From contig JAPETS010000015.1 of NCBI GenBank assembly GCA_026023565.1, forward strand, positions 248,001 through 312,000: a stretch of 64,000 nt of DNA, in the 5' to 3' direction. The notes below the pieces were generated by a model that saw only the letters and a program-made list of their open reading frames with translations, was not told where the DNA came from and did not search any database. Source of the stretch: Cirrosporium novae-zelandiae. Lineage: Eukaryota. Both the position numbers and the translations under genes were made by a program. How positions within the stretch are numbered: the stretch's first letter is position 1; the number at the start of each line of letters is the position of its first letter. Below, in pieces: positions 60,895 through 64,000 of the stretch.

Positions 60895-62239
60895 ACAAGT
60901 ATCGATCTAATAACAGATACGAACAATTAGAAGGGATCAAAATCTCAATAAACTAGGCTTCAAACTCCTCTACTTCGTTCCATATATTGTTTTTGAACTT
61001 CGGGAAAAAGTGCCTCTTTAACCCTAGTGTTATATCGGGGTGAGGTGAGGTGGGAGGGAGGGGGGAAACAACAGGCAAACAACAACAGGAAATAAGACAC
61101 GTCCCATGATATGACAGGAGATGACGTCGCTTATGGTTATGAAATTTTTATATCAGGAAATGTCTTTTGGTATTTTTTTTTATGGAAGACTGAAATCTGA
61201 AATCTGGAAATTTTTTAAAGTCTTGGTCTTTTTCCTGGGAAAATGAAAACTGGAAAAAATGCTTGTTATTGTATGTATGTACGCGCATGCGTTTTTTACA
61301 TTTTTACGTGATTGAGGAATATAGATTTCATCATGCATATTATGGCTCGCGTCATTGATGCCCCCCCCTCTTATATGCCGTAGTTGTTTTTCAATCGAAA
61401 CTAAAATGAAAAAATTGAAAACGATGATGAGTGAGCCTCTTATAGGAGTCATAATACTCCAACTCTAGGCGCTATAACACATCCAAATATCCAATATACA
61501 CATACAGAAAGATGCAGAAACACTTTCCTCAAACCATGATTATGAAAAGTAATTAATTATTCATTATCTGCTCCACCTATCTATCTAATAAGGGTCTTTC
61601 CTTTACACTTAACTTAACTTCATCCTCATTTCGATTTCTATCTTATCTTATCCCCCCTCGGGCTTTCAACCTAACTACTCCAAAAAAAAGGAAAAAGGGA
61701 AAAAAAGGAAAAAAAATAATAAGAAAAACATGTAGACACGGGTACTGTGCGGGTGGTTAGGTAGAGGTAGGTGTAGGTAGGTATCCTAGAAAACTTATAG
61801 AAAAAAAAACAATCAGCCGTACATACCATACCATACCATCATGGGTATTCATTCCGTTCCGTTTCCATTCCCATCCTGACCTAAAAAAGAAAAAAAAGGG
61901 AATAAACGCCACAAAGAAAGAAAAAAAAAAGTAGAGGATTAAAAAAGGAGATATAATAATTCAGGGGGTGAGCGACTTCGTCGTTTTTTTAGCTGTTTGA
62001 GTTCGTACGTAGTCATGAAGCCCCGTCAGTAAGTAAAAGAGAGAGAGAGAGAGAGTGTGTGTGTGTGTGTGTATAAAGGGTTTGGAAAAGGAAAAAAAAT
62101 TGAAATGGGTTTTCGTATAAGGTAAGAGAGGTGGGAGATAGAGGGTATAGGTGGTAGGTCTAGGTGACACAACACAGCAAAATCGTAGTATGCTGAACTA
62201 CTTCTCTCTTCTTTCCTTCTTTTTTTCTTCTTCCTCAAA

Positions 62240-64000
62240 TTACCTCCCATCACTCCTCTTCTTCGTGACAACCGTAGTCCAATCCTCCCACTCCTTGGCA
62301 ATTTCCATCAACACCTCTCCCATGACTTTTGCACTAGCCATCAACCCGTGACCCTCACCCTCTAGGATCCTCACCTCACACCTTCGCATCGTGCTGCCAA
62401 GCCATTTTACGTTTTCAGCAGGAACTCTGGTGTCTTTGGACCCGTGGTGGATAACTACGGCACGCGTGATATCTACGTATCGGAATCCGATTGTCTGACG
62501 GCGTTCCAGACAGATAATGAGATCGACGGCGGGGTTTGCGTTTGTGGTTGCGAGATCCCAGATTTGATGGGTGAGGGTCATGTCGTAGATTGCTTGGCGT
62601 TCGCGGGCTGCGGCATCTGCGGCCGCTTGTGCGGCCATGGCTTCGGTGGTGAAATCTCTGGTGGAAATTCTGTTAGGGGCATGGGTGAGGGGGCTATCTT
62701 GATCATCGCGCTGAAGATCGGGATATAGAACGGAATCCCGTACTCCTGTGACGATTGGTGGTTTGGGGGTGGCTTTTCCTGTTGCTAAAGTATCCCAGCG
62801 AATATTTGTTGGATTAGCCTCAGGTCCTACGCTCTTTCGTTTTACACGTCGAGGTGACTTGGGGAGGCTGCTTGTAATGCTAGCGCTAGTTGCAGACATA
62901 AAGCTAGAGTTTGCCGCTTTAAGGAAGGGTGTAGGAAGTGCTCGAAGTATTCGCTGAGAGTAAGGGAGATTCCCCGCAGGGTGGGAATCCTTCTGAGATC
63001 CAAGAACAGACATTTGAGATGGAGGAATCCAAGGGGCGAGGAGATGAATGCGGCCTCGGATTTGTTGGGGCATCCGAAGCGCTGTTGCCAATGCATATAT
63101 GGCTCCGGCTGAATGGGCAAGTAGAGAAAATTTGCTTATTTTCAAGTATGCGCAGACTGTTGCAACATCGTCTATCAAGAAGTTGTTAGCATTTAGACGA
63201 TGGGTGGCATGGACCAGAACACACTCACCTGGCCAATTCAAAGGGGTCCCTGAACCATCTGCATATGGCTGGCTCTCACCAACCCCTGGTCTGTCCAAAG
63301 TAATTAATCTCAGTTTGAGAGTTGCTGCAAGTTCATCATAAAATGCCATAAGATATCTTGTTAAGCCCATTCCCACACAACAAAAAACCACAAACCCATT
63401 CGGATCCCCGACTTCAGAAAAGGCTATAACTCTACCGGTGTTCGGGTTCCGCACTTTTTGGGATAATCTAGGAGAGCTGAGGTATATATCCACGGCTTCA
63501 TCGATTGAGTCCCCGCTGGACGGTCGTTCTTCAATTGGGGGTGAGAGCGGGTTCGAGTAGCTCCTTCTGTGCCTTCCTGGTAATGGGCTCGGAGTACTTT
63601 TGTTTCGAGAATTTGTTCTCTTCATACCATGCTCACGTGACATAGGTTTAGAAGAGTCCATGGTTCCAGTAGGTGATATCAAAGGGCTTGAAACCGATCT
63701 CGACCATATATCCGGACGGTGTCGTCCCTGAGCAATGGATGGGCTTGGCGCACTCTCGTCAACCCACAAGGATAATCCTTCACGCGACTGCCGACTTTTG
63801 GACCTTCGACCTCGTTTTGACCGGTCAGTTCTATTGTGTGTTCTAGATGATCGTTCTGCCACTAGTTCGGGTGCAAACTCGGGTGGCACCTCATCCCTTC
63901 TTCGCTTTTGTTCCTTTAACTCTCTTATTCTTCGTGCAACACCATCTTCCTCATGAGCAGATTCTTCACGGTCGCTCCTTTCTCTGCTTGCACTCGTCAG
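62240..64000 (-). CDS. Alpha/beta-hydrolase family protein with long disordered N-terminus (5' end outside the window)
   Basis: GRVIAFSEVGDP, LITLDRPGVGES, nucleophile elbow AHSAG, HHGSKDTRVP, GEGHGL; intron about 63176-63227. Confidence 0.88.
   Translation of the reverse strand: MTSASRERSDREESAHEEDGVARRIRELKEQKRRRDEVPPEFAPELVAERSSRTHNRTDRSKRGRRSKSRQSREGLSLWVDESAPSPSIAQGRHRPDIWSRSVSSPLISPTGTMDSSKPMSREHGMKRTNSRNKSTPSPLPGRHRRSYSNPLSPPIEERPSSGDSIDEAVDIYLSSPRLSQKVRNPNTGRVIAFSEVGDPNGFVVFCCVGMGLTRYLMAFYDELAATLKLRLITLDRPGVGESQPYADGSGTPLNWPGECVLVHATHRLNANNFLIDDVATVCAYLKISKFSLLAHSAGAIYALATALRMPQQIRGRIHLLAPWIPPSQMSVLGSQKDSHPAGNLPYSQRILRALPTPFLKAANSSFMSATSASITSSLPKSPRRVKRKSVGPEANPTNIRWDTLATGKATPKPPIVTGVRDSVLYPDLQRDDQDSPLTHAPNRISTRDFTTEAMAAQAAADAAARERQAIYDMTLTHQIWDLATTNANPAVDLIICLERRQTIGFRYVDITRAVVIHHGSKDTRVPAENVKWLGSTMRRCEVRILEGEGHGLMASAKVMGEVLMEIAKEWEDWTTVVTKKRSDGR

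Overview
Gene-dense, intron-containing nuclear DNA of a filamentous ascomycete (Pezizomycotina-type GT-AG introns with CTAAC/CTGAC branch points; AT-rich, microsatellite-rich intergenic DNA). I can support about 19 protein-coding genes: PRE9, a WW/FF splicing factor, a cytochrome P450, an F-box/LRR-like protein, a fused alpha+beta succinyl-CoA-ligase-like gene, SUMO, CMC4, NUP84, a cyanamide-hydratase-family HD protein, the PMC1 Ca2+-ATPase, a Zn2Cys6 transcription factor, a class-1A DHODH-like probable dihydrouracil oxidase, SFH1, DPP3, a GH3 beta-glucosidase, an alpha/beta hydrolase and three hypothetical proteins. There are also two intron-containing tRNA-Thr genes, one RIP-like CCCH-finger pseudogene and several short degenerate foldback elements. 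The most interesting locus is the SCS-like gene at 14992-17895 (-). Its alpha and beta halves appear to be joined only through a non-canonical GC-AG intron whose retention stops translation after alpha. The beta half starts with what looks like a second, internal mitochondrial presequence and lacks the first ATP-grasp subdomain. All family assignments come from motif recognition by eye; no searches were run.
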